A DNA stretch of 62,979 nt, filler included, from Octopus bimaculoides (lineage: Eukaryota), in the NCBI RefSeq assembly GCF_001194135.2. It is 3 parts of 3 records of this genome, joined end to end, with 100 filler letters (N's around TTAATTAATTAA, not from the genome) between each part and the next. Parts side by side here need not be neighbours in the genome. Positions count along the whole stretch, not along the records: positions 1 to 30,254 come from NC_068983.1; 2 more parts are not named here. The stretch is one strand, 5' to 3'. The translations under genes were made by a program, and so were the position numbers. Under the pieces are notes generated by a model. It was given only the letters and a program-made list of their open reading frames with translations, did not search any database and had not been told where the DNA came from. Below, one piece after another: positions 12,676 through 24,511 of the stretch (position 1 is its first letter; each line of letters begins with the position of its first letter).

Positions 12676-12928
12676 GGAAGAGAATAATTTCCAAAGTAAT
12701 TTACACATGAAGAAAATTTAAACACTATATTATTTTAAGTCCTAAGACACACGGCAAAGCCAAAAAATATAAGAAAATTTAGCACTGAATGGGTTAATGT
12801 CTCTGTGTAGATCAGTGGTTGTTCAAGCATCTTGTTTCCTATGGACTCCTTTGATTACTATTTTATTCTACTGGACCTCCATAGCCGTTTCTGTTTAAAA
12901 AAATCCTATTAATACTATTAGGAATTGT

Positions 12929-13535
12929 AAGGCGGCGTGTTGACAGAATCGTTAGCACGCTGTGCGAAATGCTTAGCGGTATTTCGTCTGCTGTTACGTT
13001 TGCCTTTCATCCTTTCGGGGTCGATAAATTAAGTACCAATTATGCACTGGGGTCGATATAATCGACTTAGTCCCTTTGTCTGTCCTTTTTTGTCCCCTTT
13101 ATGTTTAGCTCCTTGTAGGAAATAAATAAATATGAATCGTTAGCATGCCGGGCGAAATGCTTAGCGGTATTTCGTCTGCTGTTACGTTCTGAGTTCAAAT
13201 TCCGCCGAGGTCGACTTTGCTTTTCATCCTTTCGTGGTCAATAAATTAAGTACCAGTTACTCACTAGGGTCGATGCAATCGACTTTATCCCTTTGTCTGT
13301 CCTTGTTTGTCCTCTCTATGTTTAGCCACTTGTGGGCAATAAAGAAATATGAATCGTTACCACGCCGGGCGAAATGCTTGGCGGCATATCGTCTGACTGC
13401 AAATTTAGGGTTCAAATTCTGCCGAGGTCGACTTTGTTTTTCGACCCCAGTAGAACACTGGGGTCGATATAATTGACTAGCACCCTCCCCCGAAATTCCG
13501 GGCCTTGTGCCAAAGTTTGAAGCCAATATTATTAA
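12929..13535 (+). mobile_element. Head-to-tail trimer of SINE family B
   Basis: Three bodies; the second and third start at GAATCGTTA directly after an AAATAT tail (13128-13140, 13345-13358). Confidence 0.88.
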
Positions 13536-14274
13536 GAATTGTATTAATAAATAGTTTAAATGTTTTCTGCATCGTAGAAGTACAACCAGTTTAATGCACA
13601 TAGATTTTAACAACAAAATCTTATATAGACCGCCCCACACCAAGGTCCATATGGAACATGGTTGATATCACTGTTCTACACAGTAATCAACGTACAAGAA
13701 ATAGCAGCAAAATTTGGAGATAAATTAGTCCTATATATTGATCATCTTGATTCCTCTGTGTAGATTGACATATCTCAATGTATGACACCTTTCTCATTCC
13801 TTGGCCCTTTTCCCAGTGGATGTGGAATATTTTATTGTCTTCTGGTACTGATATTTCGTTTAGGAGATGCACTCATTTCTGCTTTTCCTTTTGTAGAATA
13901 CCAGCCGATTTTCTTGATTTCTCTGTGTAAATTGCTATGTGCCAAGGTTTGGTCCCGTTTCTATTTTTCGGGTCCCTTGTCTTGTGTATATTTATATCAC
14001 CTCTCTTCAAGTGGTGTATCATTATGTTAGTCTAACATCAAGTGTATGAACGTAAAACTATCATACGTGCAACAAAGACTGAGAAACAATAAACAACGTG
14101 ATGAATTATTTCTTCCGAAACTCCACATATCCTGCAATTACTTGAAGCTTTCTCCTTCATTATATACAAAATTTCTTAGTCTATTCGCATCCTATTTAAT
14201 ATTTAAGTATCGGCCATACACAGGCTTTTCTAACCAACGCTTTAACATGTAAGTCTACTTTTGTATACTTTTTA

Positions 14275-14345
14275 GTTTGTTTTTTTCACATTTCTCTTGT
14301 TTTTTTCACATTTCTCTTGTTTTTTTCACATTTCTCTTGTTTTTT
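14275..14345. repeat. About 22-bp tandem repeat x3 (TTTTTTTCACATTTCTCTTGT)
   Basis: Read directly from the sequence. Confidence 0.85.
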
Positions 14346-14499
14346 TCCTTTCTTCTCTCAACTTTCTGTCATTTCAACCTCTGTTTTGTATTTGTTTACT
14401 TCCTTGAAGACAAAAAGATTTTGTTCTTGTTTCGTAACATTTTTCTATCTTCTTTATATTAGCATTTTTTTTTTGTCCGAGAATCGATATTTTATAACA

Positions 14500-14690
14500 G
14501 CTTTCTATGGCCTCCATTTCTGTGTCTTCGTTGTAGATATAATCATTATACCTCAGATTTTAGCTGCCATGTTCTAAATGCAGTCATTATTTTTCTTGTT
14601 TTCAATGTAATTTTGTAAGCTCGTTTATCACCCAATTGGGAATTTCATAGCTGTAACTTATAACTGGAACATCTACAGTAGCGATGCCTA
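14500..14690 (-). mobile_element. R4/Dong-type LINE RT (thumb region) fragment
   Basis: The minus strand translates VPVISYSYEIPNWVINELTKLH*KTRKIMTAFRTWQLKSEV**LYLQR; it shares TTCTAAATGCAGTCATTATTTTCTTGTTTTC with the 26290-26520 fragment. Confidence 0.65.
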
Positions 14691-14888
14691 TCAGCCTATT
14701 TGCTGTAATTATCCCTGTTTTAAGTATAATCTAATGCATCTATAATATTTTCCCTAATCGTTTCCGTTACTTATGCATTAAGTTTATTGATCCCAACGTA
14801 TCAGTAAATCTGAGTTTTTGCAATTCTCTGTTTCCTATTTCTTTCACGAGCATATTAATATTATTAATTAATGTTTCTCTCTTTACAG

Positions 14889-14970
14889 TGATCCTAGTCA
14901 GCACTATAATAGTAGTTACAATAAGATCATTTTCGCATGGTACAACTCCCCGGAAACAGTTGGTCTATAT
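14889..14970 (+). CDS. Candidate 82-nt internal exon of an unidentified gene
   Basis: Strong acceptor GTTTCTCTCTTTACAG| and consensus donor |GTAAGT in non-repetitive DNA; two open frames, DPSQHYNSSYNKIIFAWYNSPETVGLY and ILVSTIIVVTIRSFSHGTTPRKQLVY. Confidence 0.45.
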
Positions 14971-15214
14971 GTAAGTAATTTATTTCTCTATCAATATCTA
15001 TATTAAAAAAAAAATAACAGAAGACACATTCCATTAATGTCTTCTAAACTATAATTATTTTCCTTCTATGAGAAATGTCTGGCTTCGTAAAATCTTTAAT
15101 TCAGTTTAATTTATTTACCTTGGGTCATGTCATGCTGACGATTTTAAATAAAGACGAACCAATTGTCAAATAGTGGATGAGGCGTGACAAACACAAACAC
15201 AAAAGACACACGCT

Positions 15215-15680
15215 CGTAGATACCTTGAACAAGTTTCTTCTACTATACCGTCGGACCAGCTTTCTGAGTGGGTTAGGTTGACGGAAATTGAAGGAATCCC
15301 GTTGTATATGTGTATACATATATAACTATATGTGTGCTTCTTTGTGTCTGTGTTTGTTCCTCCACCACCGCTTAACGACAGGTGTTGGTGTCTTTACCTC
15401 CCCGTAACTTAGCGGTTCGGCAAAAGAGAACGACAGAATAAATACTAGTAAGTACTGGGGGGTCGATTCATTCGACTAAAATTCTTCAAGGCGGTGCCCC
15501 AGCATTGCCGCAGTCTAATGACTTAAACAACGACGGTCTACCAAATTCATTCAGATTGACTTGGTTGGTTTGGAACTATAGCAAAAAAAAAAAAAAGATA
15601 CTTACCCAACTTGTTGCACGGTAGGACTGAACCCGAAACCGCGTGGTTGCAAAGCGAACTCCTTCACCACAGAGCCACGC
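15215..15680. mobile_element. SINE A headless + copy followed by an inverted SINE A head half
   Basis: 15215-15530 matches the family A body and tail on +; 15533-15680 matches the family A head on -. Confidence 0.75.
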
Positions 15681-15911
15681 CTGTAACTGCTCCATTATTT
15701 CACTGAAAACATTCTTGAGTCTGAAAAGCGGGACATATATTGACACTGTATTAGAGTTTACTGTATCTTTAGTTTTGTGTATGAAGATGATTCTCTTTTT
15801 AAGATACCAGTCACTATCTTCCCCGACTACGCCAGTATCATATTAAAACACATCTGCTAGCAATTTGTGTTCCTCTGAATTGTTTTACTAGATACTTAGG
15901 ATCTTTTCATA

Positions 15912-16277
15912 TTCTTTTACTCTTTTATTCTTTCATTCTTTTACTTGTTTCAGTCATTTGGCAGCGGTCATGCTGGAGCATCGCCTTTAGTCGAGCAAAT
16001 CGACCCCAGGACTTGTTCGGTGTAAGCCTAGTTGTCGGGCGATGTTGAGAGGATAAACACCGACACACAAACACATACACACACACACACACATGCATAT
16101 ACGTATATACGGCGGGCTTCTTTCAGTTTCCGTCATCCAATTCCACTCACAACGCTCTGGTCGGCCCGAGGCTATAGTAGAAGACACTTGCCTAAGTTAC
16201 CACGCAGTAGGACTGAACCCGGAACTAGGTGGTTAGTAAGCCAGCTATTTATCACACAGCCACTCCTGCGCCTATAT
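15912..16277 (-). mobile_element. SINE family A copy
   Basis: TCTTTTACTTGTTTCAGTCATTTG..CACAGCCACTCCTGCGCCTAT on the + strand. Confidence 0.9.
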
Positions 16278-16902
16278 ACTTAAGTTTTTCCCTACTTAAT
16301 GTTTTTTTGTTTGTTTTTTTTTGCATTTTGACAACTCCTTGTGTCATTATGACCTCCTACGACTATCCACATGTTGCTTTATGTCCGTTATTTTGAAAAA
16401 TTTTGTCCGTAATAATTTCTTCCCAGTTCATACTTCTAACCAGAATTCGTCTATCTCTCTTGTTATTACAGCTTTCTAACCTATTTAATTTTGACCTAGT
16501 TCTTGCTTAAATCATTTTGGGTAATTGTTTTACTTCGTTTTACTCAAAGAATTGTTTTCGCTGTGCATGGCGATGAATTCTTTGCAATTTACCAAGAATC
16601 TCTTATTTCAAACATTCTTTGATCTTGCGAATGTTTTTCCAATTATGTTTTATTTCTGCTGTACTTATCACTCTATTTTTCTTCGGTTTTATCGCATTAA
16701 TGACTTGAAAGGACACGGTATTTCGTTATGCAACCATAATACACTACAAAGTATATTAAACGTTTTATAAGTCAATACCATGTTCTACTGTGTTAGCAGT
16801 GCTATTACGTCACTTTCTAAGGTTTTCTCTACAGATTTTTTAATAGAACTTTGAGCCAGTACTGATTTTTGTTCGGACGTTTCGTATCCGAAGCGCCAGA
16901 TC

Positions 16903-16958
<56 letters not shown>
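16903..16958. repeat. (GAT)n microsatellite running into a gap
   Basis: Read directly from the sequence. Confidence 0.95.
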
Positions 16959-17211
16959 NNNNNNNNNNNNNNNNNNNNNNNNNNNNNNNNNNNNNNNNNN
17001 NNNNNNNNNNNNNNNNNNNNNNNNNNNNNNNNNNNNNNNNNNNNNNNNNNNNNNNNNNNNNNNNNNNNNNNNNNNNNNNNNNNNNNNNNNNNNNNNNNNN
17101 NNNNNNNNNNNNNNNNNNNNNNNNNNNNNNNNNNNNNNNNNNNNNNNNNNNNNNNNNNNNNNNNNNNNNNNNNNNNNNNNNNNNNNNNNNNNNNNNNNNN
17201 NNNNNNNNNNN

Positions 17212-17281
<70 letters not shown>

Positions 17282-17340
17282 CGTATATATATGTGTGTGT
17301 ATATATATGTGTGTGTATATATATGTGTGTATGTGCGTAC

Positions 17341-17382
<42 letters not shown>

Positions 17383-18101
17383 GTGTGTACGTGTAGGGTA
17401 TTAATGCGTTTGTTTTTGCGTGTGTTTGCTGCCACACTCAACACTTGATACCCTGTGTTGGTTTGTTTATGTACGCGTAACTTAACAGTTTGGGGAAAAG
17501 AAACCGATAAAGTAAATACTCGGGTTTAAAAAACAAGCATTTGGTGCTATTTCATAAGCTAAAGCCCTTCGAGACTGTGCCCCAACATGGCCGTTGACCA
17601 ATGACTGACACAAGAAAAAGAACAAAAGAAAGAAATTGTATCTCTGAACAGACATATTTACAATGTATAACTCTCTAATATTGTTGCAGAATTGTGCTAC
17701 CATAGTTTGTATTCCTATTATTCGTTTCTTTCAGTCATTAATCATTAATTATATATTTTCCTTGAATACAAGTTTCCGACATATTTCTCTTGTAGTGGAG
17801 ACTTGATAAACTAGTCTCCTTCAGTAGAACTAAAATACTAATATTATACATAGGATGGAAACAAACTTTACATGAACCAATAAGGAAGTTACTATGTTGT
17901 CGCTTGACCAACAAGAAATAGTAGATAAACGTCCCTCAAATCACATCAAAACATCTTTAAAATAAAAGCACTAGTACAGATTAGATGTGTAATGCCCGAG
18001 AGAAAGTCAGTATATTCAGGGATGCAATATCTTGAGTATATGTCTGTTCAGTCGTAGTTTATCTAATATCAGCAAAATTGTATTATCAGATCTTCCCACA
18101 G

Positions 18102-18802
18102 CCTAAGGCGACGAGCTGGCAGTATTGTTAACACGCCGGGCGAAATGCTTAGCGGTATTTNNNNNNNNNNTGTTAACACGCCGGGCGAAATGCTTAGCGG
18201 TATTTCGTCTGCCGTTACGTTCTGAGTTCAAATTCCGCCGAGGTTGACTTTGCCTTTCATCCCTTCGGGATCGATAGATTAAGTACCAGTTACGCACTGG
18301 GGTAGATGTAATCGACTTAATCCATTTGTCTGTCATTGTTAGTCCCTTCTACGTTTAGCCCCTTGAGGGCAATAAAGAAATATGAATTTTCAGCACGTCA
18401 GGCGAAATGCTTAGCGGTATTTCGTCTGTCTTTATGTTCCGAGTTCAAATTCCGCCGAGGTCGACTTTACTTTTTATCCTTTCGGGGTCGATAAATTAAG
18501 TACCAGTTGCGTATTGAGGTCGATTTAATCGACTGGCACCCTCCCATAAAATTGCGTGCCTTGTGCCTAGAGTAAAAAGGAGTATAAAGGCGGCGAGCTA
18601 GCAGAATCGTTAGCACACCGGGCGAAATGCTTAGCGGTATTTCGTCTGTCTTTACGTTCTGAGTTCAAATTCCGCCAAGGTCAACTTTGCTTTTCATCCT
18701 TTCGGGGTCAATAAATTAAGTACCAGTTGTGTACTGGATCGATCTAATTGACTGGTCCCCTCTCCCAAAATTTCGGGCCTTGTTCCTAGAGTAGAAAAAA
18801 AA
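18102..18802 (+). mobile_element. Young SINE B cluster (3 bodies) flanked by the 13-bp direct repeat AGATCTTCCCACA
   Basis: Bodies start at about 18107, 18389 and 18588; the direct repeat is at 18088-18100 and 18803-18815. Confidence 0.85.
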
Positions 18803-18829
18803 AGATCTTCCCACACCCTCCAACTCTTA

Positions 18830-19725
18830 GACGATGAGCTGGAAAAACCTTAGCGTGCCGGACAAAATGATTAGTGGTATTTCGTTCGTTCTGACATTTT
18901 GAGTTCAAATTCCGACCAGGCCGACTTTACGTTTCATCCTTTCAGGGTCGATAAAAATATTTACCAGTTAAAAACTGGGGACGATGTAATCGATATTAAC
19001 CTTCCCTCAAAAACTGCTGCCCCTATGCCAAAATGTGAAACCAGCATTCGATCTCCCGAAGAAGACGGGTTGGCCGAACCGTTAGCACGCTGGGAAAAAT
19101 GCTTAGTGGCATTTCGCCCGTCTTCATGTTCTGAGTTCAAATTCCACCGGGGTCAACTTTACCTTTCATCCTTTCGGGGTGGATGAAATAAGTACCAGTT
19201 GAGCAATGGCGTTGATTTACATCGACTGGTCCCTCTCTCCCCCAAATTTCAGGCTTTGTGCCTATAGTAGAAAGGATTATTAGATCTCGCAAAGACGGTG
19301 AGCTGGCTGAACCGTTAACACGCCGGACAAAATGCCACTCAGCATTTTGTCCGTCTTTTTATGTTCTGAGGTCAAATTTCGCAGGGGTCAAGTTTACCTT
19401 TCATCCTTTCGGGATCGATAAATTAGGTGTCATTCGAGTACTGGGATCAATGTGATTGACCAACCCTCCTCCCACCCAAATTCCAGGCCTTGTGCCTATA
19501 GTTGAAAGAAATTTTAGACCTTCCAAAATGGTGACAATCTGGCAGAATCGTTAGCATACCGGACAAAATGCTTAGCAGAATTTCATCCGATTTTGCTTTC
19601 TGAGTTCAAATTCTGCCTAGGTCACTTTTGCCTTTCGTCCTTTCGGGATCGATAAAATAAGTACCAGTTGGACTCTGGGGCCGATGTAATCGATTTCCCC
19701 TTCCCTCAAATACTGCTGGCTTTGA
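18830..19725 (+). repeat. Tandem array of four diverged SINE B units, period about 230-234 bp
   Basis: Heads at about 18830, 19064, 19294 and 19528, each preceded by a GATCT(C/T)CC-like linker. Confidence 0.8.
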
Positions 19726-19795
19726 CGTAGCGACAGACGAAATACCGCTAAGCATTTATCCCGGCGTGCTAACGATTCTGCCACCTCGCCGCCTT
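19726..19795 (-). mobile_element. SINE B head half, inverted
   Basis: CAGACGAAATACCGCTAAGCATT..CGGCGTGCTAACGATTCTGCCACCTCGCCGCC. Confidence 0.85.
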
Positions 19796-20065
19796 TTTAT
19801 TCTACTTGTATTATTACAATCGTTGCTGCTGATTGGCTCAATTTTTTAAAGTTCACTTCACAACCATGTACTCGTGCTTCGTACTTTTTTGTTGTACATA
19901 TTTCATGAGGTCCTGTGCCCACATATGCACATATATACGTATAGATATCTGTACATATACGTATGTATATATGCATATATATATATATTATTCATATTAT
20001 ATCGCGCGCGCGCACACACACACACACACACATACACACACACGCACACACACACACCTATATAT

Positions 20066-20522
20066 ATAGGCGCAGGCGCGGCTGTGTGGCAAGAAGCTTG
20101 CTTCCCAACCACATGATTTCAGGTTCCTTCCCAGTACTTGGCACCTTGGGCAAGTGTCTCCTGTTGTAGCCTCGAGCCGATCAGATCCTTGTGAGGGGAT
20201 TTGGTAGAAAGAAACTGAAAGAAACCCGTCGTGTATATGTGTGTGTATATATATGTATCTATGTGTGCCTGTTTGCATGTGTGTGTTGTGTGTGTGCGCG
20301 CGCGCGTCTGTGTCTGTCTTTAGCGACCACCACCGCTTGACAAATGGTGGTGGTGAGTTTACCTCCTGTAACTTAGAGGTTCGGCAAAAGGACCCAATAG
20401 TATTAATACTAAGCTTCAAAAAATAATAAGTCCTAGAGTTGATTTGTTCGACTAAAACCCCTTCAAGGCGGTGCCCCAGCATGGCCGCAGTCAAATGACT
20501 GAAACAAGTAAAAGAATAAAAT
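20066..20522 (+). mobile_element. SINE family A copy
   Basis: AGGCGCAGGCGCGGCTGTGTGG head to GACTGAAACAAGTAAAAGAATAAA tail. Confidence 0.9.
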
Positions 20523-20564
20523 ATGCCTACATATATATATATATATATATATATNNNNNNNNNN

Positions 20565-20663
<99 letters not shown>

Positions 20664-21169
20664 GTGTGCGTGTATTATGTATATTGATGTATATGGTAGA
20701 TGTATATATTATATAATGTGTCTTTATTTTCATCGATGTTATTATGTACACGGCGACAGCTTTACGTGTATGTAGACAGAATTCTGACTTTAGAATATAA
20801 ATATTGCAAAAAAGAGTTATATAATATATTAACTCAACATGTCTCCACCTTCAAGAAGATTGGTAAATATTGGGGATTATTATTTTAGTTCTGCTTCGTA
20901 AAGTCATATTGTTTATGAAATCAACACAAGAATAAAATCAATATGATCAAATATTGTATTTTATCATTGCTACTGCTGTTGTTCTTGACGTTGTTGTTGT
21001 TGCTGCTGTTGTTGGTCTTCTTCTGCTTCTTCTGATTATTATTATTATTATTGTTTTTTGTTGTTTGTTTTACTTTTAACAAAAGCTATATTGTTCTTAT
21101 CATCTTTTTTTATCACGTTTACATTTGAGTCAAGTACTTCGTAATTCATACAATATCTATTGATGTAAT

Positions 21170-21339
21170 TTAATCCACGCTTTTCATTTTATAAAATATG
21201 TGATGTCGTTGTATAGATTGATATTTCATGTTAGCTGGTGAAACATAAGATGGCAGCATAGCACTGCTTTCGAAGAAATAACTCGGATGTGTGCCATTAG
21301 TCTTGGAGCAGTGACTTAATCGTCTTCTCAATAGTTTAC
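21170..21339 (-). CDS. Candidate terminal exon of an unidentified gene
   Basis: Acceptor TATTTTCAG|G, then an open frame KLLRRRLSHCSKTNGTHPSYFFESSAMLPSYVSPANMKYQSIQRHHIFYKMKSVD*; no family recognised. Confidence 0.2.
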
Positions 21340-22337
21340 CTGAAAATACTACGCCAAACAGATATCTTATGAAATCAATATCTCAGATGGTCGCTGAACA
21401 GCTTCTATTTCAATAGAGTTAGTTTATTTAGCTTAATTCATGAAGTCGGAGAAGATAACCATTGTCAAAATCTGCATCTCTGATACTGGAAAGTCTAATA
21501 TTTTCTGACAAATCGTTTAAGATTTGCAATAACCTAAATTAGAGGGCATTTTCCAAAAATATACAGTGTTATTTTATAGTATGAGGAAGCTATTTTCAGA
21601 CTTGTCTTAAACAAACAGGTTTGGGAATAGGATTTTAATTATGGATTCACTTGTGCTCTAGTATTAATAGAGATGAATTTTGTAAAACGGAATACTTAGA
21701 TACATTTGGGGCAAAGTGTTTACCTTTTCATTTGAAATCCATAGGTGAATGAACAATGGGTCGTATGTTAGGCAGACAGATGGGATCTATTCACTGCAGA
21801 TAGTTGTATGTTTTGGTAATCAACTATTTCTCGTAGCAATGAGTAACATGTCAGTCTTTTCCAAAGAAGTTCTGAAATAAAGCAAAGAAAATACATTTAA
21901 ACACTGATCATATAAACAAACTCATAGGTTGTGGAATCATTACAGAAAATCATTACAGATAGTCAATTGGTTGTGTCATAAGAGCTTTAGATTGAATGCC
22001 TCAAACATTTCATCCAAATCTCTACACCCTGAGTTTGAAACATACCGAAGTCAACTTTACCATCATTCTTTCATTGCCGATGAAAATAAATATCGATCTA
22101 GGGTGATGGATAGGTGGAGCAGTAGTAGATTGGATTTGTTTGCTATATGCTATTTCGCTCAGCCCTTTGATATTTTTAGATCAAATCCTGTTGTCGGTTG
22201 TTTAAGTGGTTGGCTTATATCCGACGTCTGCCCTTATGCCACCACCTGGCACTTACGTGACTTTAGCAGAATCCACTCTGTTGAAAGCAGACACACCATG
22301 TTTCCGGTTCAAAGATACTTTCTTCTTTCCCACTCAC

Positions 22338-22386
22338 CGATCTCGGAGGCCTTGGGAAGGATCGTTGACTCTGCCTTTCCTCCTAA
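22338..22386 (-). CDS. Candidate 49-nt internal exon of an unidentified gene
   Basis: Acceptor TATGTTTTTCAG| and donor G|GTGAGT on the minus strand; open frames LGGKAESTILPKASEI or RRKGRVNDPSQGLRD. Confidence 0.3.
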
Positions 22387-22580
22387 CTGAAAAACATAAT
22401 TCCAATGCGACTTAACATCAAAGTTCCATCACCTGCACTTAGGAACCAAACCGTCTTCAAATTACACAATTAAGTTGTTCTCCAAGTATTTAAGGAACAT
22501 ACAGTTCTAAGGGAAGTACAGGTTTAAGACACATGCTGATTCAGTCTTACTTTATTATTATCTCTGTATATTTATTGGGC

Positions 22581-22680
22581 GTGGAGACGCGTGGCTTAGT
22601 GGTTAGGGTGTCAGCATCACGATCGTAAGATTGTGGTTTCGATTCCTGGATCGAGCGACGTGTTATGTTCTTGAGTACAG
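22581..22680 (+). mobile_element. SINE family C head (tRNA-like), 3'-truncated
   Basis: A box TGGCTTAGTGG (22592-22602), B box GGTTTCGATTCC (22635-22646), then GTGTTATGTTCTTGAG. Confidence 0.8.
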
Positions 22681-23760
22681 GACATTGCAAACAAAACGTA
22701 GACGAGAAAACACACAAGCCACATAGAGAACATTCTTCTTCATCAGCTACCCCCGTTTTAACACCGGCGTTTCGAAGAGCTGGGCAGGACGCATCGTTAA
22801 AACGGCTCTTCCCATGGACCGCAAATTAAATTTGTATACACAAATTAAATCTTGCCATGGAGGAATGTAGTGGCGGACAAAAAACAAGACAGGAAAACAA
22901 ACATAAAAGGCTTTACGGCCAGACGAGAAAAATTATGTGTGTATGAACGCTGTGAGGCACGAACTTGAAAGTAGGGACGAAGTAGTTCGCGTGTTTGCTC
23001 GGCGATAGCCAAGGAAGAAAAGGAGNNNNNNNNNNNNNNNNNNNNNNNNNNNNNNNNNNNNNNNNNNNNNNNNNNNNNNNNNNNNNNNNNNNNNNNNNNN
23101 NNNNNNNNNNNNNNNNNNNNNNNNNNNNNNNNNNNNNNNNNNNNNNNNNNNNNNNNNNNNNNNNNNNNNNNNNNNNNNNNNNNNNNNNNNNNNNNNNNNN
23201 NNNNNNNNNNNNNNNNNNNNNNNNNNNNNNNNNNNNNNNNNNNNNNNNNNNNNNNNNNNNNNNNNNNNNNNNNNNNNNNNNNNNNNNNNNNNNNNNNNNN
23301 NNNNNNNNNNNNNNNNNNNNNNNNNNNNNNNNNNNNNNNNNNNNNNNNNNNNNNNNNNNNNNNNNNNNNNNNNNNNNNNNNNNNNNNNNNNNNNNNNNNN
23401 NNNNNNNNNNNNNNNNNNNNNNNNNNNNNNNNNNNNNNNNNNNNNNNNNNNNNNNNNNNNNNNNNNNNNNNNNNNNNNNNNNNNNNNNNNNNNNNNNNNN
23501 NNNNNNNNNNNNNNNNNNNNNNNNNNNNNNNNNNNNNNNNNNNNNNNNNNNNNNNNNNNNNNNNNNNNNNNNNNNNNNNNNNNNNNNNNNATGGAGGAAT
23601 GTAGTGGGGGACAAAAAAACAAGACAGGAAAACAAGCAGAAAAGGCTTTACGGCCAGTCGAGAAAAATTATGTGTGTATGAACGCTGTGAGGCACGAACT
23701 TGAAAGTAGGGACGAAGTAGTTCGCGTGTTTGCTCGGCGATAGCCAAGGAAGAAAAGGAG
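22681..23760 (-). mobile_element. Penelope-like terminal-repeat region; 170-bp block repeated on both sides of a gap
   Basis: The minus strand carries GCTCTTCGAAACG and CTGATGAAG motifs of the kind seen in PLE termini; 22856-23025 is repeated with a few substitutions at 23591-23760. Confidence 0.45.
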
Positions 23761-24511
23761 TATGTATTGCAAGTCAGTTAAATTTTACCAGCATGCGATG
23801 CATTATTTGACTACACTATATTCTTTTTGCATTTTGAATCTCAGCAGATATTTATGTTGCAGCTTCAAATTATTTGTAATATAACTAAACTGTCGGTAGA
23901 ATATAGCTCCTCTGCTTAAACTTCTTTTAATGGCAGCAATTCAAAATTAGCTCTTTCTTTGAATTCAGCAAATTGACTAGAAACATCAAAATAAACTACT
24001 TGTTTCTGTTGCATAAACAACATACATGACCCAGATTTTCTAGAATACGATTTGCTGAATTCTGAAACTGACCAACCTGCATTTTTCCCTATGCTGTAAC
24101 TAGTAGTTAAGTGTTCATCAAATTAATATAACAAAAGACTGAAATCTATTTGCAAACTGCTTTTTGTAGTACGGTGGATTGTTGGACAAATTATCATATG
24201 GTACTAAGTCCAGTTGTTCAAATTTCGCCCTTCTTGGACCGATCAAATATGATGCCAATCATGGGTTGGCGTCGATGTAATCGACAAAGACAGCCTCTCT
24301 AACATTAGTGCGTTTGTGCTTAGACTAATTAAGGCGGATGGACTGGCAGAATCGTTAGAGTGTCCGAAAATATACTGTTTAGCATTTGTTCTCGCTCCTT
24401 ATGCTCTGGGTTCAAATTCAGAGGAAGTTCAAGTCATCCCTACCGGGTCGATAAATCAAATACCCCTTCTTGCACTGATGTGGATGTAATAAACTAATCC
24501 TTACCCTCGGC

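Noticed and set aside
14940-14970. WYNSPETVGLY spacing recalls WYxxPxxxGxY of GH99 endo-mannosidase
   Set aside because: The preceding H-x-F-Y-Y motif is absent and no following WNH exon is in phase; too weak to name a gene.
18121-18210. 40-bp duplication around a 10-N gap
   Set aside because: Overlapping contig ends; assembly artefact.
18102-19725. Regularly spaced repeats as a CRISPR-like array
   Set aside because: Units are about 230-bp SINEs with Pol III boxes, not short repeats with unique spacers, and the DNA is eukaryotic.
22581-22650. tRNA gene
   Set aside because: A and B boxes are present, but there is no full cloverleaf and it continues into the SINE C body.
22735-22780. Minus-strand GAAA..CTGATGA as a type II hammerhead
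   Set aside because: Only one nucleotide lies between the GUA and the core, so stem I cannot form.
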